In this document: positions 43,101-55,545 of the stretch, piece by piece
Layout: every line of letters begins with the position of its first letter
Numbering within the stretch: position 1 is the first letter of the stretch
From: Epithemia pelagica
Taxonomy: Eukaryota; Protista; Bacillariophyta
DNA: 64,000 nt
Reading direction: 5' to 3'
Assembly: GCA_946965045.2 (NCBI GenBank)
Contig: OX337229.1
Location: 2,542,001 to 2,606,000, forward strand
Made by a program: the position numbers and the translations under genes
Notes under the pieces: model-generated
What the model was told of the DNA's origin: nothing
Database searches by the model: none
The model's input: the letters and a program-made list of their open reading frames with translations, nothing else

Positions 43101-45512
43101 CTACGACACCTGTTTCTCGTGTGGTTGTTGCTTGCCCTTTGGTTCATCCAGTGTTTGATCGTGTACCAATCGATGGGCAATAGACAACAATGCCGTCGTG
43201 GCCGTCCACTTGGTCGTCGTCGTTGTAGTCGTAGTACGGTCCGTGGATGGAACGGTGGTTGTTCCTCCTTGTCTCTTTGTGTTGTGTTTTTTGGTGGGTG
43301 CCCTCCCCACCACTTGATGAACGACCAAAATACCGCGAGATTCCAGTTCCTGTCGCAAGTCCTCCTCATCCAAGGCACTCCAATCCTCCAACAGTTGCAG
43401 TTCCTCCATGGTTTTATTATCGTTGTCGTCTGGTTCCTTGTCGTGTTCCTCCGGTTCCATTCCGTCCGTGTTGTCGTCTTCTTTTTCTTGTTGTTGTTTG
43501 ATCGCGTCCAGCAGGGGCGCACTGTTGGATGATGATGATTGTCTCCACCATGCCTGTGCCAATCCTTCCCATCGTCCCAACGCTCGACCTTTTTCAAATG
43601 CCGTTCCAGCCGAATGACGCAACGAAGTCCGAATCAAACGTTCCTGAACCAGAGGCAAGACTTGATTTCTCAAGACAATCTCCAAGACAGTTTCTTGTTG
43701 TCGTTGTTGTCGCGTTTGTGCGGGAATCGTGGACGATTCGTTCGTCGTCGTCCAGGGAGTCGTGTCGTCGTACAAGAGAAAGAGTGGGACATTGTGCTGT
43801 TTGCACAAGGCCTTTAACCATCGAAGGGCTTGACGTTCCCGTTGGAGATGGACCCCATTGGCAATGACGGCATGAGGTTTGTGAGAGGCTCGGTTGTTGG
43901 GGCCTTGACCATCCAAGCCGTCTCGGTTCGTCGTCGTACTAGTACTACTTCCCAAGAGTCCAAACCACAGAGTATCCATCCAGGACGACGATTGTTGTCG
44001 TCCCATGGGTGGAATGGTCGATTGAAAGACACGACGAGTCGCAGTGGGCGTCATCCACCCAAACACCAAACGGTTCCACCACGACGGTTGCGGTACAGCC
44101 TCCAATTCGGCCCCAAACCCCACTTGTCCCGAGATTCGCAACATCATTTCTTCTTTCCACGCATACTGATGCCAGGGTGCCTCGAGAATCAACTTATCCA
44201 GATCCTCTTCGTCGCTTGGGTCGTCATTGTCATTGTCTCGATTCTCGGTCGGGTTGCTAGAACCATCACCACCAGCAGTCGTGGAAGTCAATCCCTGGTA
44301 GTACTTGTCGGAATTGTAATGAAAGCGTCCATATTCATGAGTTCGTCGCAAATTGTAGGGATTGAGACGAGCCGTACTGGCCTCCAAGAGTTGCAATCCC
44401 ACTTTTCCCGTCGATGGATGGACGCATTGATACATGGCTTGAATCCACGCCTTTTGTTCGACCGTCACATGTCCCACCACCATGGGTGGTGGTTTCTTCT
44501 TCTTCTTGTCCTGGGAAGACTGTCGATTCAAAGAGGATGCTGGCGCTGCGTGACGATTGGAGGTGGAAAAGGGACGAATCCGAACGTGCTGCTTGGACGA
44601 CGATTCTTGTTCTTCCAAGAGAACGGGAACTTGTTTGGAGGGGCACAGGTCGGCCACACTGTAATTGCGAGAAGTCATCCATTGGCAGGAGGATGGAGGA
44701 TCGACGTGGTCCAGAATTTGGGGGAACAAATCCACGGTAATCAGTCGCAGGGTATCAGGAATGCCCGGTGGTCGAGGCGAGGTTGTCGTAGCAGTACTGG
44801 CAGTCGCGGGTTCCTCCAAGTACCGCAAACAGGGTTGTTGCGCCAAGCGTTCCATGAAATCGACTGGCAAACTCCGGCGCCGTGTCGTGACGGAGTCCTC
44901 GTCCTCCTCGTCGTCGTTTGCGTTGGGATTGTCTTGATACGACGACGGCAAGAGTGTTTCTTTCCACGTTCGACGAGATCGGGCCGCCGCAGAGGAGGAG
45001 GAGGAGGAAGACGTGGCCGCATCCAACAAGGTGGTGGCGGTGGTCGTCCACCGAGTCCATACGACACCCAAATGATTCCTGCCATGGCCGTCCTCCTCCG
45101 TCAAATGAGAAAGAACCATGGCCGTTCCTCCCACGAGCGCCGCCAAGGTGACTCCCAGGACCGTCTTACTCATTGTCACTCTTGTCGTCTTGGTCATTTG
45201 TGTGGGTACGAGACTCCATGGACGCCGCCAAATCGAAGTAGCTGCAGTCGTTTTGTGAAAGGTTCTCCGACCGGTCGTCCTTGGTGCTCTTCCAATGGGG
45301 TTCGTGTCCCCCCAAACAACACATCCACCACCGCAGTATCTTATCCTCGCCACACGAATTGAGCTTACCATGGTTTTTATTGTTCTTGTCTTCCAAGGCC
45401 TAGAGTAGGACCGACGACCACAACAACACAAATTGTTTCTGTTTTGTTGTTGTGAAGATGTCATGGTGCCAACGCCAACAGCGACTGGCAGTTGACACCC
45501 TCTCTGGCCCAC
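43101..45512 (-). CDS. Hypothetical protein with one TM segment and low-complexity tracts
   Basis: 803-aa ORF with an Arg-rich N-terminus and TM VLGVTLAALVGGTAMVL. No family recognised and the start is uncertain. Confidence 0.6.
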   Translation of the reverse strand: MGQRGCQLPVAVGVGTMTSSQQQNRNNLCCCGRRSYSRPWKTRTIKTMVSSIRVARIRYCGGGCVVWGDTNPIGRAPRTTGRRTFHKTTAATSIWRRPWSLVPTQMTKTTRVTMSKTVLGVTLAALVGGTAMVLSHLTEEDGHGRNHLGVVWTRWTTTATTLLDAATSSSSSSSAAARSRRTWKETLLPSSYQDNPNANDDEEDEDSVTTRRRSLPVDFMERLAQQPCLRYLEEPATASTATTTSPRPPGIPDTLRLITVDLFPQILDHVDPPSSCQWMTSRNYSVADLCPSKQVPVLLEEQESSSKQHVRIRPFSTSNRHAAPASSLNRQSSQDKKKKKPPPMVVGHVTVEQKAWIQAMYQCVHPSTGKVGLQLLEASTARLNPYNLRRTHEYGRFHYNSDKYYQGLTSTTAGGDGSSNPTENRDNDNDDPSDEEDLDKLILEAPWHQYAWKEEMMLRISGQVGFGAELEAVPQPSWWNRLVFGWMTPTATRRVFQSTIPPMGRQQSSSWMDTLWFGLLGSSTSTTTNRDGLDGQGPNNRASHKPHAVIANGVHLQRERQALRWLKALCKQHNVPLFLLYDDTTPWTTTNESSTIPAQTRQQRQQETVLEIVLRNQVLPLVQERLIRTSLRHSAGTAFEKGRALGRWEGLAQAWWRQSSSSNSAPLLDAIKQQQEKEDDNTDGMEPEEHDKEPDDNDNKTMEELQLLEDWSALDEEDLRQELESRGILVVHQVVGRAPTKKHNTKRQGGTTTVPSTDRTTTTTTTTKWTATTALLSIAHRLVHDQTLDEPKGKQQPHEKQVS

Positions 45513-45720
45513 GTCAGCGCGAACATCCGGGTCTTAGGAAATCGACTCGGGTCGTTGTTGAGTCGCGTCAATGGTTTTTCGGTTTGGGAAAGACATTGGA
45601 CCATCAACCATGACTACGGCGTGGTCCGAGCATCCTCCTCCTCCTCCTCCAAATGCCGAGGGAACCATACCCTCCTCCTTGGGTTCCCCACATAATGATG
45701 CAGCTTCTTCTTCTTTCCGA

Positions 45721-47329
45721 ATGGAGGTTCCTTCCAAGCCTACTACTACTTTTGTAGGTGCACCACAACCCCTTCCTCAATCACAATCGAGTCGGCGTTG
45801 TGCCAAGGTCCAATGCTTGGTGTTGGGTGCCGCCGGTACGTCTGTTGTCAAGTAGTTTGTTTGGTTTATGTCGTTCTCATTCCGTCCCACACACAACCCT
45901 CCTCTTCATACATGAAACAATCCACGGTCCAACCTACTCCTCTCTCTCTCTTTTTCTCTCCACTTAAATCAACAACAGGAGCCGGCAAAACATCCATTTT
46001 GAGACGGTATTTCTTACGATCCTTTGAAGAGCATTCGAGAGTGGCCACGTTGGGTTCCGACTTTTACATTGGTCGTGTTTCGGTTCCCAATACCGACAAC
46101 AATGACGACAGCAACCACAACAACAACAACAGTACCATGGTCAATTTGCAAATGTGGGATACACCGGGACGAGAACGATTTTATCATCATCCCAAACGAA
46201 AACGTCGATACACGGCCTCCTTGTCGGATCGCTTTTTTCGACAAGCCGATGCCGTCATGCTCGTCTATGACATGACCAGTTCCACCTCCTTTACGCAACT
46301 CTTACGGTACGTGTATATTTGTGTATGTGTCTCGCCATGTGCGTCTGGAGAGTGCGAAAACAAGGAACTTGTGTTGGGTTTTCATGAAATTTGTACTCAC
46401 AGTGCCATGTACGATATCATACGACCCCTGATTCTTCCTCTTCTCCTCGTCGTTGTCGTGTGGTATGCTTGTGGAATTCAAAACATCAACAACAACAACC
46501 ATAACATCATCAGGTGGTACGCCGATGTCTTGGAGATTCGGAAACAAAATTGGTTTCCCGTCTTGATTGTCGGCAACAAACGAGACTTGTTTGTCGCCAA
46601 TCTGCAACGGGCCACCACCTTGGTTCATCATTCTCGTCGGGTACCCCAACGCAATGTCATGGGATTGAAATCCTTTTGCGGACAAGATTTTCGATACGAA
46701 TACAAGGTGGATCCTGGCAACCATGCCTTTCGTTCCAACCACAATCACAACCACAACAATACTACTCCCACGACGACAACGACCAGCACCCACACCGATA
46801 CCACGGCACGTAGTACGACGGAAAATTCCTTTTTTCTCGCCAATCGTGAAAATTGGACCACGGACAATTCCTATTTGGATTCCTTGCTCAATTCCGAAGA
46901 TGCCTCTCATCCCTCGGTTGGTGCGTCCGTCATATGTGGAACTGTGTTGTGCAAATTGGTCGTTGGGCAAATACTCACACTTCGGATTGTCCTTTTTCTC
47001 TGTGTCTCGCTTTGGCTCAATGCTGCTGTTTGGACCCAACAGATATGGTATTGCTTTGGTGCATGCGCAATGGCCTTCAACATATGGAAGTAAGTGCGGC
47101 GACGGGAGAAGGAGTCGACGAGGCAGTCGAATGCATTCTGGGATTGGCACTCGAGGCCCGCCAGAAACGAGAACCATTGTTGGAACCACAACAACAAGCA
47201 GCAGCAACGAAAACGAAGAATGTGGATCGAACCACGCAACAAGAGCTTGATTTTCAAGAACGATATGCCTCCTCTCGAGACGAATCAACGTGTTGTTGCT
47301 TTCGACCCTTGCCGTCGTGGTCCAAATGA
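45721..47329 (+). CDS. Atypical Rab-like small GTPase
   Basis: G1 GAAG|AGKTS, G2 TLGSDF, G3 DTPGRE, G4 NKRD and G5 EVSAA are present. Introns lie at 45836-45978, 46307-46513 and 46921-47042. Confidence 0.85.
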
Positions 47330-47811
47330 CAAACGACCAGGACAACGCGTTTTGCCGTTCGTTTGGCGTAGCTTGTGTAGCTGTAGCACAACTTGTTGGA
47401 GTGTTGTTATCGGTATTCGACTTGGAACCACACTGTGGTCATTTCCGAACGCTCAAGACATTTGGGAGTATCATCTGGTACAATGTTTACACTCTGCGTT
47501 GTCTCTAGGTCTCACACGGATGGTTTTACGAAAGCTTCCTTTTCTCTGTGGACCTTGTTGTTGGTATTCTTTCTGTATATGCACATTGTGCCTGCCGAGG
47601 ATCGATCACGGTCATAAACATCCTGGAGCTTGGATTTGGGAGATCTAATCAAAAGGCACAAGGCCATCGACAATTTCGAAACTGTCCACAAAGAGCAAAA
47701 CGATTGTTAACTCTTGGTAGTCATTTCTAACGAATGGTTATGATTGCTTCTTATCTGGTGTTGCATTAGAACTGTTGGACCATGAACTACGAAACTAGCA
47801 TGTATCAGATT

Positions 47812-50800
47812 CTAAAATTCGGAAATAAAGAGAGAGGGAAAGGCCTTGGCCAAACGATCCTCTTGTTCGGAGTCGGACAAGAGAGCATTACAAGCTTGTC
47901 CGTGGATGGTTGATCCAATGAGCAAGGCTGATCGTTCCACTTTTTCAATAGGGTTGATATTATCTTGAATGACGGATCCCATGACATCGTTTTCAAAGCA
48001 GTGCGAAACCGCCACAATGACATGCAATTCGGCGCTGGCAATGGGAAGCGTGCCACTACGACTGAGTGCGTCCAACAAATCAAAGGCCTTTTGAGTTTCT
48101 TGGTCCACAGCAGCGGGATTCAATTCCGTCGACTGGGGCGGTACCAACAGATTGGCTTGTCGACGACGTGTCCATTTCGAACCAGTGGTCAATACCGTGG
48201 ACCGAAGAGCATGGTCCGTATCGTACTTGTCCAGTTTCTCGTCCAGCAAATGTGGCAGCAAGGTAAAATCTTCCACCACGGACATGGAAGTCGACGTTGT
48301 GGTGGTGGTTCCCATGGATTTTTGGGGTGACCGCGTGGGACTCGTGGGGATATTGGCATTCTCCCTCACTGGTGCCGATGATTGTGTGACTGACATGGCA
48401 TACATTTGTTTGGCTGAAGACATGGGTGGTGAGGCAGGCATGGCAGCCGGGGTGACTGAAGAATGTGCCGTTTCGATCAATGCTCGACGCCTCATCAACG
48501 GTTTGGATTTCTGTTTCATTGGTCCCTTGGTCATTTTTCGTACAGTACTGCGTGAACTCATGGAGGCTTGACCCACCAGGGAGGATGTCAGTGTGACTTG
48601 GTCGTCGAATGTATCAGTTTCTTCCGTGATATCATTCGACTCCGTTTTGCCATCATTTGACGTTTCCTTGTCGGCCAAATGCTTCATTTCACTACGCATC
48701 TCTGCCTTGCGTTCTTCTTCGACAAACTGTTTTTCCTTTTCGGCTTCAATGACGGTCACCACACTCTTGACATGAGCCTTGACCGCCGCCAGTTTACGCG
48801 CAGCGTTTCTTTGGTGGTGAACACGGGGTGATGGCGCTTCACCATCCGCCTCTTGTAGTACTTCGTCATCCATTTCTGCTTCTTCCTCATCGTAGGACAG
48901 CAAATCGCTGGGAATTTGGTATTCGACAAAGAGGGACATGAGGTCTTGAGTCAATTGAATTTCCTTGGTCAGAGACTTGGGAGGCAATCCAAGCAACTCT
49001 TCTAATTGCGGTTTGAGTTGGATAATGCAGATACCAAAGACGGACGATTCCAACTGCATTCCTCGAAAGGCACGACAAAAGGCTTGTTGTTCCGGTGACA
49101 AGGAGGCGACGGCATCCTTGAATTCCTGCGAGCTGGGCAAGACTTGGGTCAACAATGGAATAATGACTTCATCCTTGTTTTGCAACACAATGGCAGCCTT
49201 GGGTTCCAAGGTATCGGGACCGGCCATGCTTCCAATGACCAACAAAAAGTTGGAAAATTGTTGAGCACGGGCCACTAATTGATATTCGGCATGCCCCGCG
49301 TCAAGATCCGTGGCTTGTTCGTCCTTGTCGAATTGATGCTGCATCCATCCATGCAAATATCGATCCCCCGTGAGTTCGATGGATGTGGTGGCGTTAATGG
49401 GCATGTATATGGACGGCATGTGTTTGCCACCTGGAATGTGTCGCACCATGGTGTGAATCGAGGGATTGCCCTTGGTGGCCAAGGCGGAAGGAGAAGAGGG
49501 CAACCAAGTGGATTCAATGGTAACCATTCCATCGGGGTATTGGTTCGGTCGCCGAACGGCATAGGTAAAGGGTTTGGGAGCATAGGCGGGTGCCAACAAT
49601 TTTTTGCTCAAGTGAAATTTTAAAAAGGCATCCAGGTCGGTCGCATGGACTTCTCTTCCAATGGCTTGGACCAATTGTTGACGCAGCATGTGTTCAATGC
49701 TGTTCATCCCATTTTGATAATGTTCAATCAAATCCAACCAGTGCGTACAAAGGAGCAAAATCTGGGCTTCCGCTTGGGAGGCGAGTTTGGCCACTTGACG
49801 CGGTGGAAAGACGCGAGCAATCTGATGAAAGGCTTGTTGAATAGATTGCGTTTGACCCTGCAACAAGGCATTGGCATCCGGTAAGGCCAGAACCTTGCCT
49901 TCCAAAAAGAGGGGAAGAGTGGGTACAAAGACATCTTCGACACTGACTCGACTCAAACGAGGACCACCAAGGGCACCCGTCGTTGCGGAAGCCGATCCGG
50001 TCGAGTTGGAGGAGGTATTGCGTTTGAGATTGGCCTTTTTAATGGTCAAGGAGGGTGGCAAGCCATCGGAAGGATTGAGTGGTTCCACACGGTAGCGATC
50101 GGCCGAGGACAAATATTCCTTGACCACCACAAACTTGTGATTAAAGGAAGGCTCTTTTTCCAAACCCACCATTTGACATTTGGTATTAACTTCGAATCGG
50201 GCCGCAGTATTGGAATTGGGAGAGGCAGAAGAGTCCGGTGTGAGTTTGGCCGGATTGTGTTTGGCCAAAATTTCTTTTTCCAATCGATCCAAAAAGAAAT
50301 TCAAGACCGACAACATCCAATGGACTAGAGACTGATGAAATTCATTGGCAATTTGAATATCTTGATTGCGTCGTGGTGTCCGACAGGATGGCACAGTACG
50401 GTTAATGGTAAATTGCGAAACCACGACAACGGCTTCTTCCATATCGGGAGCATTGTTACCAGTACTAGTATCCTTGTTGTCGGTAGGGACCGTCGTTTGA
50501 GAAGCAATGGAAGCGTTTGTCGACACGGCTTCCGGTGCAGCTTTCTCTTCTTCCTTCTTGTTGGTCGGCATGAGAGCGGTTGTGGGATTCAAGGTTTGGA
50601 GCAGCCACGTTAAGGACACTTCGGTGGCCGGATGAATGGTCTTTTCGACAATGGGAGGAATGGGTTTGTTGGTTTGTTGTGGTTTTCCTCCACGAGGTGC
50701 TGCATGTGCCGCTTGTCCACCCGACGTGATGAGAATGGTACTGGCATGTCGCGATTGCAATTCCAGAAAGTGTCCTTCCCGAGTGGGAGAGGATCCCTTG

Positions 50801-51484
50801 TAAATCACAAGTTTGTACGAGACGTAGACTTTCCAATGATATTCCTTGATTTTGTTCACGACTCGCTGCGTTTGTTGTGTTTGTTGTTGGTGCTGCTGTT
50901 TCGCACTGCTGGATCCAAAAAAAGAAGACGGTGCCGTCGTGACAGGCGGTGGTCGATCATTGATCACTTCCACCGCACCGCTCGTGGTGGTCGTCGTCGT
51001 ACTGGTGGTGCTTCCCACCTCCACCTCTTGTTCCTTGAGAAAGGAACACCCATCTTCGGCTTGAAATTGCAGCGTCACAGTTTCGTGTTGGTCGTGTACC
51101 CATTGCAACAAGGTCTGCAACTGCCCCTGTGTCAAACCCAAATGCTCCAAGACAGTCAACTGAGCCGCCACACTTGTGTTGGTAAGAAATTCCGCCAAGG
51201 CATACTTATCTTGATAGTCCTTGTGTTCAAAATCGTCCGAGGCCAACCGAACATGCTTTTCCGTTCCCAAAATCGCATGGACCTTGCGCAAGGCCTTTTC
51301 CACTGCAACGTGAAACAAACGTGACAAGGCAAAAGAGAGCAAGTAGTCCAATGTGCCACCGTGGTTTAGACAAAATCATTTTTCCATGTTGCAGCCACAA
51401 TGACAATGACATGTGTGTCTTCTCAAATGACATGAACATACCGGAATGACGAAAACTAAACTCATCAAAGTTGGTGTACTTCAT
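47812..51484 (-). CDS. Large hypothetical protein (about 1,180 aa)
   Basis: 1179-aa ORF plus a first exon MKYTNFDEFSFRHS joined by an intron at 51303-51441 (GTATGT...TGCAG). Globular-looking segments include ELTGDRYLHGW, ARAQQFSNFLLVIG and LSPEQQAFCRAFRGMQLES. Confidence 0.75.
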
Positions 51485-52477
51485 GCTTCCAGTCAATCAA
51501 CTTTATATGAAACCTTTTTGCAATGCCCCGATACGACGCAACCAGCAACCACAGTGATCGTATATCTTGGCCTTGCAACGTAGATGAGGAACAATCGTCT
51601 CTCTCGTGGAAATCTCTTTCACTCTGTCACACGACGAATTCTTGCTTCCAACTTTTCCAACCGACACAAAAGTGAGTCTTGGAGCCGAGCGGAGTCGCGC
51701 AAGTAAACTATTGTGATGTTGAAGAGACTGTATGTCGGAAGTAGTTTGGTCGAGTCGGGGTCTCTTTCTATCCTTCACGCCCGGCGGCAGTGGCTGGAGG
51801 GAGCGAGTTCTCACAAATTGAACCATGTGCGTGTGCGCTCACTCTATATCATGGTCTAATCAGGAATCCAAGTATAGCCATCGAGCAAGAACCCTTGCTC
51901 AGGATCCTAGCATTATCTACAAGATCATGGAGTTCTTACCTTACTTTCGAAAAGGTCTCAACCCTGGTGGGTGGTTGCGGTTGCTCACTTCCCGAATTTT
52001 CGCAGAGACACGAGGCCACCGTACGACACAACAGGACACGAGATGTACACCATCTACCGTAGTATATACGCATAACAAACCCATCCTGGATGAAGCATCT
52101 CTCTGCTCGTGCTTGTGTAAATGAGAAATTTTGCAAATGGCACAATTCAACTCCACAACGTGTCGTCCGACACCAAGACAGCGGTTCGTATCAACCCATG
52201 GACAACAATCCCATGCCACAATCCAACTCATCAAGACCATGGGGATGGTAAACTGATCATTCCTAAAAACTGTTCAACTACGGGGATATGTGCTAGCGTT
52301 CTTGGACGATCTATTCTCCAATCATCCTATCCTCGGATCGGAAATAGTGGCCTTGGTGGACACCCACAAGACACTTCACTTGGTGGTCTTTTCTTTGTCT
52401 CGATAAATTCATACCTTCCAGACAACCCTTGCTCGCTAGTGTTCCACGCTAGGTTCCTTCACATATTTCTTCTCTTG

Positions 52478-53307
52478 TTAAAATCCCAAGCCAATCAACC
52501 ATTTTCGTACCGCCTTGACATAATTGCCCTTGATTTCAATGGACCCCGCCCGGAGCCTAATTTTGTCTTCGTCTGGATCACGAGGAATCGGAATTTGGAG
52601 GGCTGCCCGTAATTCTTGGACAAATCGAGTGCGACTCCCTTGAATTTTGCGAATAATGGTCGACACTTTGGTATTGTCATGTCTAATATAAAAGAATGTT
52701 TCAGCAGCCACCACGAACCGCATCCACAGAGACAGCACCACAATCAATAAAACCCGGAAAGCGTGAGAGTACCGTTTTCACTGGTTTTCGATGCAATGCC
52801 ATTTCGCAACAAACTCTGTTTACAACCCACGTACCGTGTCTTGGTGTAAATGGGTAGAAATCCTGCGGCATTTTTGGGTTTGTTGCTGGTACGAAGAATG
52901 GTAAAGGGATAGTCGGGTCGTTGAAAGGATGGTGGAGGAGGCGCGGACCATCCATTGGGCAAAATCTTGTCCGGTGTATACACGGGCAAATAGGTCAATT
53001 CGGGTGGTGGCTTGGGACTTCGATCAATGCCCAATTTGGCATCCCGATACAACTTGTTGGGATTTTTGAAAAGTCTCAAAATTTGACGTCGGGAATGGAC
53101 TCCTCGACGCTGTTGTGGTTGTTGCCATTCGACAAGATTATTATTATTATTATTGTTCGAGATTAGATGTTGTTGCTGGGCAAAGGGAGTGAATTGTCGA
53201 ACCGCCACGGCACCGTGTAGTGGTTGTTTGGGAGAAGCAAGCCCCCAGACCAAAGACGGTTGCCGCGACACAACTCGAACCAGAGCATTTCTGCTTGTGG
53301 AAAGCAT
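52478..53307 (-). CDS. MRPL49: Mitochondrial large-subunit ribosomal protein L49/Img2
   Basis: It has a presequence-like start (MLSTSRNALVRVVSR), YPFTILRTS...FLPIYTK, an intron at 52683-52834, TIIRKIQG, and IEIKGNYVKAVRKWLIGLGF. Confidence 0.85.
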
Positions 53308-53787
53308 GTTGTTTTGATGGAATGACTGCAACAAAGTGCTTTTTACAAGGAAGCTCCTTCGTCTCAAAGAGAAGGACAACATGAGGAGAGGACGGAGGAC
53401 GCTGCAGCCTATCAAAAAGATCCGGAATCCGGAATGGTATCCTTTGTGGACCGTCTGACAGACAGACCGCGAGGTCTGTCATTTATTTATGCCCCATGAC
53501 CAAGACCATCGATGTACGTTTGAGTACGAGGAAGCTACGTAGAAAAGTCCTGTAGATTTCCATTTTGATCCATGCCAATCTATGGGTCGTGGCTGGCGCT
53601 CGCAGTACTGGAGATCTACGTAGAAAAATCCTGTACATTTCCAAACTGATCTCACGTGATCTTTTTTTAGAAATTGCATATCCAGAAAGAGAAGCGAGAT
53701 CTTTTTGCTTGCGAGACTCTGCCTGTTGTCATAAAACAAAGAACGACGAGAACGTCACAGCACTAGTATTACGAAAACAAGAAAGAG

Positions 53788-54910
53788 ATGAAGCTTTTCG
53801 GAAAATTTGCGTTGTCTACGGTTCAGGGAAGTGGTGGACTTGGTACGTATAAATTGAGTCCAATGGTGGAAGACAATCATGCGTCGACTTGAAGAAAAAC
53901 TCTCCGTAAATCAGGACTATATTCTCACTCTGAATATCTCATGCGTGCTTGTTCTCATGACAGGTTTTGGATGTATGGGAATCACAGCATTTTATGGATC
54001 GAGTATGGCCATCGACGATGCCAAGAAGCTACTACAAGAGGTGTATGACGCAGGGTGTCGTCACTTTGATACAGCGGAGGTGTATGCCACAAAGGAACAA
54101 CACAATGAGTCTGTTTTGGGTGAATTTTTCAAGACGGTACCTCGTGATTCGTTTTCGGTGGCTACCAAATTTTGGCATCAAGATGGAGGTAAATACGATT
54201 ACGAAACCGTGAAATCGCACTTGTTGAAATCACTGGAGCGTTTGGGATTGGACTATGTGGACCTGTACTACGCTCATCGCGTAACCTCATTAGAGGGTGG
54301 ACTAGAGTTTGGACGAACCATGGCGAAGCTCAAGGAAGAAGGGCTTGTGAAGGAGGTGGGGCTTTCGGAAGTGAGTGGAGCGTGGTTGAAGAAAATTCAC
54401 ACAGAGGCATGTCCCATTGACGCAATTCAAATGGAATGGAGTCTCATGACTCGGTCCATTGAAAAGGAAGTTGTTCCAGTATGCAAAGAATTTGGCATTC
54501 CAATTGTGGCCTATTCACCACTGGCACGAAACATGTTGGCATCCAAAGTGGAAGTCGCACCCGCCGACTGGCGATCGCAGTTGCCCCGGTATTCCGGAGA
54601 AAATATGGAAAAGAACAAACAAGTGGCAGATATTGTCCATGATCTGGCCGAAAAGGTTGGTGGAACTGCAGCGCAACTCTCGTTGGCTTGGCTCTTTTTC
54701 AAAGCCAAGGAATTGGGCGTCGAGGTGTATCCCATTCCTGGATCGACCAAGCTACACCATGCACTAGGCAACTTGGATGCTGTAAAATTGAGCATCAGCG
54801 CAGAAGATGAACAAGTTTTGGAATCTCTCGCGGAGAAGGTTGCCGGGGAAAGAGGGATGGAATGGTACATGGCGACCACTCATGAAGGACAATCGGAAAA
54901 GACAAAATGA
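53788..54910 (+). CDS. Aldo-keto reductase (AKR13-like)
   Basis: Motifs are GFGCMG, HFDTAEVY, VATKF, SLERLGLDYVDLYYAHR, IQMEWSL, AYSPLARN and PIPGSTK. A first exon from ATG 53788 is inferred via intron 53843-53963. Confidence 0.9.
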
Positions 54911-55545
54911 AGCTGTCCATTATAATGAGCAATAAGCAATCTGGAACGAACGTGTTTGCATGCAGAGATCACTTTGTTATTTCAATCAGTCAGTTAGAGA
55001 TTCAAATCATCCTCAAGTAGAAGCAAAAGATGTCACTCAATATCATTACTTAACTTTGGATGTTAGCCTTCCCAGTACAAGTGAATCCTTGTTTGTCCTT
55101 TATGGTTCAGCTGGACGCAATACTCATCCGCCGCACCTCCCGATTTCGAATTTTGTGGTGATTCATGGACATAGGAAGAATGGCTGTTCTCTTGCCTGTC
55201 TTGATGGAACGACATGCAGCGTGATGACCGAAAACGAGAGGCTAGTAGAGAGAGTTTCAAGCTAGTGGACAGAACGTCAATCGAGACAAACAATGACAAT
55301 GGCAATGGAGGGAGTGTAGAGTATCTGAAATCTGAAGGATCTGAAGAAGTCTAAAAAATGAGAATGGTTCCATCCGTCCTCCGGTCTCTTCGTAGGCCCA
55401 ACCAGCTTACAAGCACCAATCACCCCCTAAAAGTTCCCAAACACTTCTCCCCCAGATTGGTTCCAGATTTGGAGGGATGCAACTTCCGTGGCAGGGGGTG
55501 GCAAAGCAGAGCCAGGACGAGAAGACGTCAAACATCGTTGCGACC

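Noticed and set aside
51790-52612. Overlapping short ORFs with weak F-box-like (IYKIMEFLP) and WD-like (GTIQLHNV) snippets
   Set aside because: The matches are too short and no consistent gene model could be built.
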